Notes: a model not told the origin generated them from the sequence alone. 64,000 nt of DNA from Camelus ferus (GCF_009834535.1 NC_045696.1:8496001-8560000); one strand, 5' to 3'; positions 48,697-61,428 are shown, numbered from the stretch's first letter. Made by a program: numbers and translations.

Positions 48697-49299
48697 TACA
48701 GCTCTTTGTTTTTTTTGTTTTGTTTTTTTTTTTTTTGAGCCTTTATTATCATTTATTTCATTTTGCCTTTTATTTAAAGCCAATTACATACTTACATGTC
48801 TTTAGATTTTAAGCTCCTCCAGGGAAAGCAATATGTCATGGTCATTTTTAGTTTTCGATCACACCTTCTCTTTGTATGCAAAGTACCCTGAAGTAATACT
48901 TGGCTTACGTGTTGCTTATGTGCTGGGTTGAATCAACAGGCTATATTTTTGGCATTTCTACTGTCAACACGTTTACAGACATCAAACATTTTGCCTTGTA
49001 GAATCACACAGGGCAATTCTCACTCCAGAAAGGAATAGCTCCCCCAAAGGCCCAGCCTATAAACTCAGTCCTGAGAACTCTGTACTGAGAACTCAGTCCT
49101 TCATGAGGCAACATCAGTGTTACGGTTGCCCTGAAAGTCTCTGATCTTCTGTACTTCCCTTCATCTTTATGGAGCGGTGAAGATTGTGTTTTTTCATTCT
49201 TCCTATGTCAGTGCTCCAGACATTAGAAGAATGCCATCTTCCCTCTCCTTAGGTAAATATCACCAACTTCATCAACCACTCTTCACCTAGTATGGTAGC

Positions 49300-50200
49300 C
49301 ACATCTTTCATTTGTATTGTTCCCCTCTTCCTCTCTTACCTGCCTTAAAATGCAGTGCCTGACCTGAACCTGGGTCTCTACAAGCCCATTGTGGAGCAGA
49401 ATCATAGCCACTTTTAGAGGGGGTCCTGGAGTTCCGCTTATGTTGCCCATGATTTTGCTATTGGCTCCAACAGAATCTGGAAGCACACTGGGACCAAGTT
49501 CTCACTCCTTGAACTGCACCTAAGCTGAGATTCTTTATAGTGCTATTGATTTTGGAATCCATTAAAGAACTCTACATTTATTCGTATTACATTTCTTCTT
49601 TATGGTGTTGGGACCATCAGACTAGCAGGATGAGAACATCTTGTTTAGTCTGTTAGTGAACCCGTATTTATGTCCTTCAACATTCTAACAAGCGAGCCTC
49701 CTGCAACACCATTCAAGACACTGATAAGCTGCCTGAACAGAACAGAGCCAGACACAGAGCCCCAGGGCACACGGCTTCCTCCTTCTAGGCTGACATCACT
49801 CTATTAATCAATGCTTTGGACACGCTTGTTCAACCAGTTACAAATTCACTTAACTATCCTCTAGTCCCACCCCCATTTCTCCTTCTTGTCCACAAGGATA
49901 TCCTGAGCAACTCTGTCAAGTGCCTTGCTGAAATCCAGATCCGCTGATCAACCAGCCTAATAACCCTATCAGGAGAGGAAACGAGATTAGATTGGGGTGA
50001 CTTGTCTGGGAGCCGGCAGCCTCTTGGCAGTCGCTGTTTTCCAGTCCCCGAGCTCACAGATCAACCCGTAATGATTGGTTCTCGTGTTCTGCCAGGGATC
50101 AATATTAAGCCCACTGGTCTGTTTCACAGACTGCCTCTTCCTCTCCCTCTCTGTCTCCGACCTCTTTCCCCACCCCTTCTGAAAACCGAACCCTTTGCTG
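49300..50200 (-). mobile_element. L3/CR1 LINE fossil (reverse transcriptase region)
   Basis: The minus strand gives LDFSKAL at ~49918-49938 (CR1 RT 'DFSKAFD') and VPWGSVSGSVLF at ~49735-49770 ('VPQGSVLGPVLF'). Confidence 0.8.
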
Positions 50201-50289
50201 CCTCAACTCTTCAGGATCTTGCCTTTTCTTCCTGTTTTCTCGAATGATCCTTGAGCCTTCTGTCACTTTCATGTCTCCTGGGGTGTCTC

Positions 50290-50440
50290 TCTCTGTCTTC
50301 CAGCCTCAGTTTCTTCCTCTGGAAACCATAATGCCACTCCAGTCTAACCCCTGAGGTCACTTTGAGAACCAAAGAAAGAAATGCGTATGAAAGCTCCTTA
50401 CACAGTGCCCAGCATATAATCGGTAATTGTTAATTGAATG
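50290..50440 (+). mobile_element. MIR fragment
   Basis: AGCCTCAGTTTCTTCCTCTG..TGAAAGCTCCTTACACAGTGCCCAGCATATA. Confidence 0.7.
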
Positions 50441-50994
50441 AACTGCAAAGAACCACACAAATAAGAGATGTTACTATGCTTACGTGTAAGATACCCACTG
50501 ATACAGTGGAGTACTTTTCTCCAAAGCCAAATAAATTTTGAGTATTACTGTGTGCTGTTACAATTTTAGAAAGATGTTCTTGAAAGAATCTTAACATCTT
50601 TAGCCTAGTTGTCTATTCAAAACCAGCTTATTCTAAAATTGGATTGAATGGGAACCTAAAGCTTTGCTATACTCCAATTGCTTCATTCTCTTTAAGGAAA
50701 TTTATGATTGTTGCCACTCATGGTGAGTAAATTGAATGCTTGTGTTTCGGATCAAATAGTATGATATTTGAAACCTGATAAACAATTCAGCTGGAGAGAG
50801 AGGGTGAAGGAGATCTATTGAAAAAACACTTCTTAATGGAAATAGAATTTGCGTGATAAGTGTTAATTACAATGTTTCTACTGTTAATTTTTGGCACATA
50901 GCCCAGAAGTAGTAAGGCTACCTTTTATCTCAATCAAACTGACAATATTCTTCAGCGTTGCTACTCAGACTATGATCTTTACTCCTCTGTAAGT

Positions 50995-51165
50995 AAAATA
51001 AGTGTTAGGTTGGAAGGGACCTTGGCATTCAACCTAGGTTAACACTTACTTTATAGAAGGTGAAACAGAGGCACCTACAGGCCAGGTGACTTGCTCAAGG
51101 TGACCCCTAGGGAATGGCTGAGCTGGATCTCACAGCCAAGGTCTCCTGACTCCAGGTCTGTGTCA
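50995..51165 (-). mobile_element. MIR (MIR3/MIRc-like)
   Basis: TTGGAAGGGACCTT..GAAACAGAGGCAC..GGTGACTTGCTCAAGGTGAC..GGTCTCCTGACTCC. Confidence 0.75.
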
Positions 51166-51999
51166 TCTGTAATGATCTGTAGCTGCACTGAGAGGTTTGG
51201 GATCTTTGGGGTGACTTGTCATAGATTCTTTGCTTCTAATTCCATTGGACAGTGACCTGGGAAAAAAAAAATCCTGCGTGTGGTTGTCATCCAGCCTCTT
51301 TCTTGTCACTTAACTTAGTTCTGGGAAACATGAAGGCTTCAACTCTGTGCTGTCTGATGCCCAGGGCAACGTGGATGCTGAGATGACAACGTGCATCTCT
51401 GTGACGCACAAATTAGAGCTGATTGATGGAAGGCCAGCAATAAAATGTCACATCCTATAGATGTGGATGGGCCATGGGGCCAGTGATAAAGTGAGACCAG
51501 TGGGCTTTGACATCCACACAGCCCGGCCATAGTATCGACAGTGGGAGATAGTATTGATTGAGCTGCCAAGATGATCCTATTATGCAATTAGAATATTAGA
51601 TTTGCATTTTTAATTCCTTTAGAAGAAATTGGCCTGAGGCAATTATGGCAGGAGAATATTAAGATGGATCCAGCTTCTTTGAAAATAAGAACTCAGAAGA
51701 AGCTTTTACGGAGATGTAATCATTATCAGAGAAAAGTTTTACTTATGAAAAGGGGCAACGAGGAAGTAATAAAAACAGAAAGGCAGGCACATTGAAAGGA
51801 CTCCTGGGAACCAGATTATCCCCAGTGGAGAGGAATGAAACCCCCCGAGCCTGGAGCACAGTTTAGACCAGCTGGGGGTATTTGATTACACTCTGCGTGA
51901 AGACGCGCACACCACGCCATGGGCGGGTTTCCAGTGCGTCAGGGCAGTGCTGTGCAGACCCCCTTCCTCCTGCGGCACACCTGCTTCCTATGCAGAAGA

Positions 52000-52356
52000 C
52001 ACTCCCCGCCGCCCTCCACGGTTTGGCTTTCTGGAGTTTCAGTTACCTGCCGTTAACCATGGTCCGAAAAAATTAAACGGAAAATTCTATAAATAAACAA
52101 CCCATGCGTTTGAAGTTGTTCTGAGGAGTGTGATGCGAGCTCATGCTGGCTGCGCCAGCCCGCCTGGGACGGGAACCATCCCTCTGTCCAGTGTATCCGG
52201 CCCCTTCCTCCTTAGCAGCTGTCTTGGTTACCTCACTGATAGCGGCGTTGTGTTTTGATGACCCTTATTTTACTTAATAATGGCCCCAAAGCACAAAAGG
52301 AGCGATGCTCACAATTCGGATACACCTAGGAGGAGCCATAAAGTGCTTTCTTCCTC
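52000..52356 (+). mobile_element. MER44 (Tigger7-derived TcMar DNA transposon), 5' part
   Basis: TTTCAGTTACCTG..GGTCCGAAAA..AAATAAACAA..CCCTTATTTTACTTAATAATGGCCCCAAAGC..AGCCATAAAGTGCTT. Confidence 0.85.
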
Positions 52357-52619
52357 TGAAGTAATAATATTTTTAAATTATAGACTCAATTTATAATGGC
52401 TTTTGGGGAAATATTTAAAATCTGCGGTACTAGCAGATACTTTAAAAACAAGGCACTGCCTCCTTTTGGAGTGTGTGTTTGTTCCATCAGGGCTGTCCAG
52501 GCCTGATCTGAGGTCCAAACGGCTCCTGAGCCCTTGGGAGAATTTCTGGGTAAGCCAAAGCAAGATCATCAGATAAGAAATTGAAGCCACAGTGAAATTA
52601 CAAGCCAGATGGTGCTTGC

Positions 52620-52770
52620 ATGTTTAGGTAAACTTTCTCTGTAAAAGACCAGATAGTAAATGTGGTCAACCACAGTTTCTGTCTCTTATTCTTCCAGTCC
52701 ATTCAGCTCACTATACAGGAACTGGCCACGGGCTGGGTTTGGACCGCAGGCCAGAGTTAGCTGACCCCTG
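52620..52770 (+). mobile_element. MER58 (hAT-Charlie) fragment
   Basis: AAACTTTCTCTGTAAAAGACCAGATAGTAAAT..GGGCTGGGTTTGGACCGCAGGCCAGAGTTAGCTGACCCCTG. Confidence 0.75.
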
Positions 52771-53029
52771 GCTTGGTGGAGAACACTTGCAGACCAAATT
52801 GTTCCTTGGGGATTATTGCCTGAATGCCTTCTACATGGTGGATACTGGAGATTTCAAGGGAAAAAACTTCTGCCCTCTGGCGCTTCTAAAAAAGTGGACA
52901 GACAAGCGGAGATTACAATTAAACAGGAATATTGGTATAATAAAGAGTAGGATGCCCAGGTCAATCATGCTGACACCACACCCTCTCCAGGATTTGTAGG
53001 AGGACACTTTTCATCACAGACTGATTCCT

Positions 53030-53150
53030 TTTGTCCACTGGGTAGACATTTATTAAGCCCCTCTATGTACTGAGCATGGCCCTGGATGCCGGGGCCATAA
53101 GGAACTGGAGGGCACAGGCCTTGCTCTCCAGAGGCTCACAGGGAGCCCAG
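53030..53150 (-). mobile_element. L2 3' end fragment
   Basis: GACATTTATTAAGCCCCTCTATGTACTGAGCAT..CCTTGCTCTCCAGAGGCTCACAG. Confidence 0.65.
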
Positions 53151-53426
53151 GGGTGGATGCCTCTGCAGGAGGAGGTGAAGTCCTGAGAGGTACGTGGGTG
53201 CAGACGGGGAGAGTGATGTCATGAATAAATCTGAAATCTGAACCGTGTATTTTGGATACAGTGGTGACTTTGAGGGGCTTTAAAAAGCTTTAGTTTCATA
53301 GAGAGTGCAAATTACTGAGCAGGACTTATGCTCTTTATGGACCTGGCAAAGGTAAGCTTGCTCCCAGCTTCTCTGTGCAAACCCAGATTCATTTGGTCCC
53401 AGGTTCTGCTGAGCTTTGTCACCTGA

Positions 53427-53893
53427 CGTATTTATTTCCTAGGGCTGCTACAAACAAAGTGTCACAAACTGAGTAGTTTAAAACAACAGAAATTTATTCT
53501 CTGATGGTTTTGAAGGATAGAAGTTCAACATCAAGGTGTCAACAGGGTTGGATCCTTCCAGAAGCTCTGAGGGAGACTCTATTCCATGACCCTTTCCTAG
53601 CTCCTGGTGGCTCCTGGCAACCCTTGGCATTCCTTGGCTCGTAGCTGCATCCTTCAAATCTCTGCCTTCTTCCCTGTGTGTGTGGGTGTCAACTCTTTGT
53701 GCCTTTCCCTTATAATATAGGCATCTGCCATTGGATTTAGGCAGGATTACCCTAAATCCAGGATGATCTTGTCTTGAGATCCTCATTACGTGATTACAGC
53801 CAAGACCCTTTTCTCAAATAAGATCACGTTCACAGGTTCCGGGGGCTTAGGACTTAGGCATATCTCTTGGGGGGCCGCTATTCAGCTCATACA
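53427..53893 (-). mobile_element. MaLR LTR MLT1C, full length with a perfect 5-bp TSD
   Basis: TTTCCTAGGGCTGCT..AAACAACAGAAATTTATTCTCT..GGCAACCCTTGGCATTCCTTGGCTCGTAG..CTAAATCCAGGATGATCT; CCTGA at 53422-53426 and 53894-53898. Confidence 0.92.
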
Positions 53894-55278
53894 CCTGACA
53901 AATAAGAGCCCCTGGGATTTTTAAAGACCAGGCTGGTGGTATCCAGTTAACTACTAGGTGAAAGGAAGAAGAAATGCCCCAGGCTCAGGGCCCATTGCTG
54001 TAACTCACCGGGGAGAATGAGGGCTCTTCTGTGTGGTGTAGTTTCAGTGTGACTTCAAGGCAAACACTGGGGCTCAGGAGAATCAAGGAACGATAGCGCT
54101 TGTTCCTTAAACCAGCTTCTTCAAGCAAGGCTGCTCATTTAGCTCCTAGTGGTCCTGTCAGCAGTGTCGCTGTGGAATCCAAAAGACAAAGATGAATGGA
54201 GTAAAAATGTAGTAATCTTGATGTATCAAATGATTTTACTTAATGAATCCATCACATTCAATAGAAACCACATTAGCAATTCCTGTTATTGGTCTTATCC
54301 ACCCCAAAGCCCCTGAGGGCCACCCTAGTGCCCACGATCCATTCAAGGGAAAAAGAATGCCAAGTTTAAATAGATTCTTTTTTTGGTGAGTATAAAATGC
54401 TTGGACAAAAATAATGCATTCCAGTACAGACTGAGGTGGCCGAGGGACCTGGCTTCATTTTCCTATTAAAGAACGACAGAGGTGGTATTATACGGCCTAG
54501 TAGAAAAGCCGAGATCCTTGTCAACTATTACAGCAACAACTGATTTAGTTTCTCACCCATTTAATGGCTGTGGCACGTTCTTGAAAATTTCTGCAGTTGT
54601 GTTTTGGAGTTTCTGGAGCTGCATCTTTGTTTCCTTGTTTTCAACAGCAGTGGATCCAACTTCCAGTATATTGCCATGCTTAAGTTGTTCCTTGGGTGCA
54701 GTTCAGCAAACATCATTAGGCACCCACTGTGTACCAGGCTCCATGCTACGCCCAAGAATCGAGATGATGAATGAAACTATTCAGAGGGAAGGTGGAATAT
54801 GTGTTTGATCTTTTCCTCTGATTATCCCAATGCTTTAAAGTCCTTTGTATATTTGTAAGATTTATTTTTTGACGTGTGCTTTCAAATGATAATGAAATCA
54901 GGAGCAATATGTGAGGTCAAGCCTCTGAAACTTTAACTCTGAAGGCCTTAGTTTCTTCAGTTTTAAGTCAATAAGAAAAAGTGCCTTAAGCCCTTCTCTC
55001 TTAAACTTTTGAAGAAAGCGCAGGCTGTTAACACAATGATGCTGTTTCCGAGTACAGCACCATTAATTGGGTCTTGGCTGTTTTCTGTATAGACTGAAGT
55101 TTGATTTGGGTGTCAGCAGCTTGAAACTCCAACACATCCATCTTTCCTGTAAATTTGGCCATTCCCCACCCCCACCCCCGTCAATTGTGGTCAATATTGC
55201 TGCTTCTTGTCAAGGTTCTTCTGCAAGAAAAGAAAACATGGTAGAAATGTCTTTTCATTTCCTTTAATTTCTACAGTC

Positions 55279-55571
55279 AGTGCTGCCCAGTAGAAATGGG
55301 ATGTGATATATTTTAAAATATTCTAGTGAAAAAGACACATGAAATTAATTTTAATGGTATATTTTATTGACCACAATGAATCCAAAATATAATTTCAACA
55401 AGCAATCAATCTATAAATATTGAGATATTTTATGCTTATTTTTCTCATATTGGGGCTTCAAATATCTGGTGTGTTTTTACATTTATGCCACAAATTGATT
55501 CAAACCAGCCACATGTCAAGTGCTCAACAGCCACATGTGTTTAATGGCTGCCATATTGGACATCGCAGCTG
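55279..55571 (+). mobile_element. MER33/MER3-type hAT-Charlie MITE
   Basis: Termini CAGTGCTGCCCAGTAGAA and ATATTGGACATCGCAGCTG; internal AGCCACATGTCAAGTGCTCAACAGCCACATGTG. Confidence 0.8.
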
Positions 55572-55743
55572 TGGATGAATATTTCAGTATTGCTTTCTGA
55601 TGAAAAGGAACTATCTGTCTTTTTATGAAGTACTGAAGAGTTAAAATAAAGTGGATTAATTTGGGTGAAGTTTAGGACTATGTTGCCTGAGAAGAAAAAC
55701 ATTAATGAGAGTTTTCACTGTAGAAATATCTCCAAGGTTGAGT

Positions 55744-55744
<1 letters not shown>

Positions 55745-55779
<35 letters not shown>
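55745..55779. repeat. (TG)n microsatellite
   Basis: Read directly from the sequence. Confidence 0.9.
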
Positions 55780-56554
55780 AACACACATGTATGCCTATAA
55801 GCTTCTGTTTAAATGTTCTATCAGTAAATAATATGAATTGATAACTGACTTAAATGTGTACTAATTGCAACTCTGGCCTAAAACCAATAAAAGCTAACCC
55901 TGTCAGTATCGTAGGCATTGGTACACAATAAAAATGTTTGCATAATGATGAGAAAAAGCAGAAGGGGTGGGAAGACAGTGAACTGGAAGTTTTGCAGGGC
56001 TGTACTCATATGCAGCCCATAATTGGTCACGTTGTCACGTGAGGAAAAACAATTGAGAACTGCTAGTTTGGAGAAGAGAGGAAAAAAAATAAAAATCCAT
56101 TTGCTGGGGCCCCAAATGTATCATGTATTCATGTTTCTTGTCTAGTATCTTTATATTAATTTGACCGGGATGTTAATTTGGATGGTGTCATCCTTACCAA
56201 TCCTCACCTCGCAATGTTACTGTGCTTCGTTCTTTATAATTTTAAATCTAAAAAAATAAGAGTGGGAACCATGAGTAGAGAATTATGCCCTGACAAACAT
56301 TTCTTAGGGAACCACGAGTACGTACATACATGAGCGGCTGCCCCTCCACACGTGCAGGCGCTCCCCAGTTCCTTCCCTCACTGACAGAACAGATGGGGCC
56401 ACCTTGTTCTAACTCAGCTGCTCATGTAAAATGGCTCATGTAAAATGTAAAAAAGCACACAGTGCATGTGCTTGAACCAACCCAGGAAGCAAGTAGACGC
56501 CACTGGTCACCACGTTCTGAAGTTCTGGGTGACACTGGTCAGAATGTCCAGTCC

Positions 56555-56730
56555 CAGGAAGTTATAGCTGAAAGTGATCTTAGAGATTCCCGCAGCCCAA
56601 TCATCTTATATTTTAGGAAACTGAGGCACAGAGAAAGAGGAATTTCCTCGATGACAGTCAGTGAGTGACACAGCTGGGAGCAGAACTCAGAGCTCCTGAT
56701 TCCTGGTCCAGAGCTTTTCCCACTGGGATA
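56555..56730 (-). mobile_element. MIR (MIR3/MIRc-like)
   Basis: AGGAAACTGAGGCACAGAGA..GCAGAACTCAGAGCTCCTGATTCCTGGTCCAGAGCTTTTCCCACT. Confidence 0.75.
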
Positions 56731-56769
56731 TTGAAGGAGGAAAGTAACATAGATGAAGCAACGGCTTAT

Positions 56770-57170
56770 CACTCAGAGTTCCTTCAGGAAATCAAATCCA
56801 GTCCAGGTGTTTCAAACAGAGGGAATTTAATAAAGGTAATTGGTTACATAGGTGATGGAGGAGCTAAGAAACCACCAGAGAACCATTAGGCAACCAGTGA
56901 TTTGCAACTGCCACCTCTTGGGCTTGAGGAAGAACCTTGCGAGGATGTGACATCCAACTGGAGCCCCAAGAGTGGGGACTTCCCAATGGGAGCTGGGCAC
57001 CCACAGTGGAGGGCTATCTGGTGGGAGACGCAGGCACTGTTGGAGGCTCTGTTACAGGTAGAGTAAGGCTCCCTGGTCTTACCATTGTCTCCTGTTGGAC
57101 AAAGATAATTGGCAAGGGGCATGGGAAATGCAGTTCCCAGCTGTACAGAGCAGAGCAGGGCAAGGGTTGG
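56770..57170 (-). mobile_element. Old ERVL-type LTR
   Basis: CAGGTGTTTCAAACAGAGGGAATTTAATAAAGGTAATTGGTTACATAGGTGATGG..GGGAAATGCAGTTCCCAG. Confidence 0.55.
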
Positions 57171-57759
57171 GAAAGTATCCAAGAACGAATGACCCCTGCT
57201 GCCTTTCAAAAGTTCTGCGGTTTTGCAACAGATTCATCATTTGATTATGTTCTAAAACTAATCTCAGAAATCACGTATGCGCCAAGTTCACAATATCTAT
57301 GGCGAGAGGATTCGCCAGCCTGAGAAGCAACCCATGGCTGTAAATGTAGATAATCAAGAGCCGGCCGCCCGCATCGTCCCTTTGGCCTTCCCCTAGTCGA
57401 TCCTCGTTCACTTTTGTCTTGAGACATCGGACTTCCCGCTTTCTTGTCTAAATCCATAGCCTCGCTCATTTTGGGCAATGAACAGTTTCTGCTCAGGCCT
57501 TCCCGGACATTGCTTCTATTTGTTCTTAATTCGGAACACCTGAGGGTGGTCCCATGGGCTTAGAATGAATCGGAATTCGTGACCAAAGGGGCAGGCTGGC
57601 ATGAGAGAGGGTTTTTTGTTGTGCTTGTGTTCATTTTTGGTTTTGGCAGTACAATACATTTAAAATTATTTTTAGCGTTAAATCACACGTGGCAGGAAAG
57701 AGTTAATCTGTCCCAGCCCCCTGGAGGAGAAGCATAGGGAAACACTGGCTATCTTTGAC

Positions 57760-57992
57760 TGAGGATAGTCTGTGCTCCAGAGTTCTTTTAAATGCTTTGC
57801 ATCTACTAACTCACTTCAGCCTCACACTCACCATGCTATGTGTTAGAAACAACTCTTTCCTCCAATTTTCAGATGAGGACGCTGACGTTGAGAAAGGTCT
57901 AAGTAACTTGGCCAAGTTGGCAGGTTGATAAGTGGCAGGGCTGTGTTTGGAACACAGGCAGCCTGGCTGTAGCGTCTATATTCTTAACCGCT
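57760..57992 (-). mobile_element. MIR SINE
   Basis: AATGCTTTGCATCTACTAACTCACTT..TTTTCAGATGAGGACGCTGACG..AAGTAACTTGGCCAAG..AAGTGGCAGGGCTG..TCTTAACC. Confidence 0.8.
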
Positions 57993-59101
57993 AATTTGTG
58001 CCTCCCTCTGACCTATGCTGGCTGGTGCCTGGGTCCTCCCCAGGGTCCCAGCCCTGCAGCACTGGGCTCTGATACCCAGCGGGCTGGTAGGGTTGGCCCG
58101 GGAAGCTGCTGATGCTGTGATGAGGTGGTGAGTGCCACATTATTGCAGGGCACTTAGCTGCTAATTGCCATTTAATCACAAAATGAATAATAGTTATTTC
58201 TTTTCTCCCTCTACCCGAGGGCCAGCGAGATGGTAATTACTCCTGAAGTAAGTGCTGAAGTTGTGGCTTTGCACGGAGCTGGAACCAAACAGTACGATTC
58301 TCCTCCGAGCCGCCGCATTCCTGGCCGCCCTTGTTTACCCACGTGGCTCATTAAACCCATGGCTTTGATATTAGATGCTCTTTCCTAGCTTCCCATTTCC
58401 CTGAAATGATGATATTTTTCCCCCTGGGAAATGTGATTTTAAAAACCCTAAAATTTTGACTTTGTATTTGGGAAATTAAACCCAAATTTTTGTAGAGATG
58501 GCATTACATTTTGGCCAGCAGTTGAAATAGAAAACTTAGCCATTGGAGAGTTCTAAATTGAAAATGCCTTAACCTAGTCAGTTTGTTTCTGCACAGGCCC
58601 CTGTTTGCTGCTGGTGTATGGAGTTGAAAAGCAGCTGCTTTTTGTTTTCTGTTTTCTAAAGCTTGATGGATATAAAACAGTTATATGGAATTTCTCTAAC
58701 CATATGCAATCTGTTGGCGCTTCCTTCTCTGAGGATTTCTCCTCCAGGTGACTAGTGAATGGGTTAGGGTTGAACTGCTCTTTTGCAGAGGCAGTAGAAT
58801 GATCAGGTTAAGTGACTGGTCCAAAATAACTCAATCGATGAGTGCAGCCCCTGTTTTCCGACTCCTGGTCAAACGTCACAGGTGATACCTGAGGTTGGTA
58901 AGTCTTCATCCTTATAAAGAGCTAACCAGCTTGGTCCAGGAACAAATGGAGCCACAAAAGAGGTCTCTAGGGAGGCAGAAGTCAAATTTTAATTGGTTAC
59001 TGAGGTCTCAGTTTACGGTTTTTATGTTGAGATTCCCTGTGGATAATTTTCTAAGTGACTTAACAAAACCCTCCAAACCTCAGCCCCTTTCCACAATGAG
59101 G

Positions 59102-59279
59102 CAGAAGTTCTCAAACTTCAGAGTGTCCAAATCTCCTTACTAAGATACAGGGTTTCTAGAAACCTTCTCCCAGGGTTCTAAGTGAGTAAATCTTGGCTGG
59201 GGTTAAGAATTTGCATTTTTAACAAGTTTCCCAGTGATGCTGATGCTGCTGGTCTGGTGAGCACACTCGGAGAACCAGT
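59102..59279. mobile_element. MER5A (hAT-Charlie MITE)
   Basis: GTTCTCAAACTT...AAGAATTTGCATTTTTAACAAGTTTCCCAGTGATGCTGATGCTGCTGGTC..GAGAACCA. Confidence 0.85.
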
Positions 59280-59299
59280 ACACCAAGGGCTCATCCTTC

Positions 59300-59660
59300 C
59301 TCCGTCACAGTCCACTGTGGGTGTGTCTGGCTGGGTAACTCGCTAGGGAAGCTCTCCTCCAAGAGCCAACTCAGGGCCTTAGGCTCCTTCACTAGAAGCT
59401 CTCCATTCCCTAAGACCGCAGACTTCTCTTCTGTAGGTAGCTGGTAGGTCATGGGAGAGAGAGGATGTCGGGGCTGGAGGTGGTTTAGGGGCCAGGCCTG
59501 GAAGGGGGTAGATTACTTCTGCCTGCATCCCACTGGCTACAGAATCAGTCATGTGGCTCTACCTAATTGTAAAAGGAGGCTGGAAACTGAGACTGGCTGG
59601 ATGCTCAGGAGGCAAACAAAACCGAGTTTGGTGAAACCACAGCCATTTTTGGCCACACTG
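59300..59660 (-). mobile_element. Old MaLR LTR fragment (MLT1J/K-like)
   Basis: GGGCCAGGCCTGGAAG..ACTTCTGCCTGCATCCCACTGGCTACAGAATCAGTCATGTGGC..CCTAATTGTAAAAGGAGGCTGGAAA. Confidence 0.7.
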
Positions 59661-59934
59661 AAGTTTATGAAAGTCCTCCTTTTTACCTCTCTCCTCAACC
59701 TATAATGCTGTGAAAATATTTATCAACCATCAATTTTTGAAAGTTTAGTGATCTTCCTTGACCCACTTGGATACATTGTTGAGTGCCAGCAAGTGGAGGT
59801 GGTGAAGCACATTGTCTGTGGTCCTTCCAAGGATGGAGACACCAGGAGAGCTGTTCACTGAGGTGAAGGGTCTGCCTGCCCTGGAAGTGAGAGCAGGTCT
59901 AGAATGGGGATCCTCATCTGCGTGAAGTTTCAGT

Positions 59935-60562
59935 GTATTGTCCCTCAGCTCCAGATTCACTCTTCTCTGCCCTAATTTGTGATACTGGAGCTGGACCCCG
60001 TAAACATGTCTGCTTTGCCCATTGGCCGAATGTTAACTCCATCATGGGGAGGTTCTAGAATGGCAGTGCAAGGTGAAGACACTTAGCTCCCGAGTGTTGG
60101 GCCTCCACTGTCACCATTCTGTGCAACAGCCCCGTGGCCCAGTGGCCTGTGTAGCTGAGCTCCAGCTGAGCCCCGGGCCGTGCTCACCCACTGGGGACCA
60201 CTTCCCAGAAGCTCCTCCCACACATACCGCTACGATGCCAGGCTACTTCTCCAGACCATCTCTGGCCTTTGCCTTCCAGAGTTTCTTGACCCCAGCAGGT
60301 TGCAAGTACCTGTAGTCATGAAGACCCCCTCTGATGAGCTCTGAGTCTCAGCCTTGGGGGTGGCAAGAGGGAACCTCTCTCCTCGTCCTTGGTCCTTCTC
60401 TCTGTTCTCCCTCCGCCTACAGGCAATGCTACTTCTTTAGGGCCCCTTTTTAAGCCTTTAAAAATAGTTAAGCACCTTTTATAGATAATATGTCTTTGTA
60501 TTACATTTTCCTTGTTAAAATAACTGGAGTGATTTCTGTCTTTTGACTGGACCCTGACCATT
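59935..60562 (+). mobile_element. ERVL LTR33-like solo LTR
   Basis: Starts TGTATTGTCCC..CTCCAGATTCACTCTTCTCTGCC..TTTGTGATACTGGAGCTGGAC and ends TTGTTAAAATAACTGGAGTGATTTCTGTC..GACTGGACCCTGAC. Confidence 0.75.
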
Positions 60563-61428
60563 GTGACCTCTGGGTGATTTTTGCTGTAGAAAGGCAAAGT
60601 TGGACATGTATCCTCTCAAATAAAAAAGCACGACAACAGAACTGTACATAGTCCAAGCTCACGCCCATCTAGTACCCTTCTTTGCTCTTATGGTGTTAAT
60701 TTCCTGCCCCGAGAAAGGCTGATGTTCTTATCAAAGATCCAGTGGGAATCAGGTAGGCGGGTCTTCAAGCCTGCGACTTCTAGACTCTATAGTCTGGAGC
60801 CTCAACACCAGGGACTCCCTTGGGTAAGGCCCTTGGTGGGCTTCCCAGGTTAGCCCAGGGCATGAGAAAGAAAGAGAAAACACATGTGTCATCAGTAACC
60901 AGACACCGATGTCGCTGCCCCCGTCTCTGTCTGAGGGTGAAGCCATAAAGTGAACTGCGTGTAACCACCAGGTCTCTTGCTTGGCTTGATTCTGCTGCCA
61001 CAGCAGTAGGGAATCAGTACAACCCGAAACAGCATCCCAAGCAAAAGTTGAATAAACAACACATGATCTAATTTTAGGCCACAGGAAAAGGAAAGGTCAG
61101 CATAACATACGGATAATAATAATAATAATTCCAGTCATCATTAGCTACTTATTATGCTTTTTCTCCGTGGAGGATGGATCCAGGCCAGTGGAATGCTGAG
61201 GCCAACCCAGCTTCCTTTCTCGAGAGCTAACCTTCTTTCAGACGAGTCACAGCGAGGGCTTTTTATCCAAGGCAGGCTCAGTCCTGGACAAAGGCAAACT
61301 CGTTCCTGTGATTCAGGGGCCCTGAGAAAGCTCTTTAACAGGTAACTTTTACCCTATTGCTACCACATCTAAAACTTGACTATAAAAGCCTCCTAGGTGA
61401 CCACTTACAGACTACCCCCACCCTCTTC

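Noticed and set aside
49062..49100. 14-bp unit repeated ~2.8 times (AACTCAGTCCTGAG)
   Set aside because: A small local tandem duplication with no spacers, so not CRISPR-like
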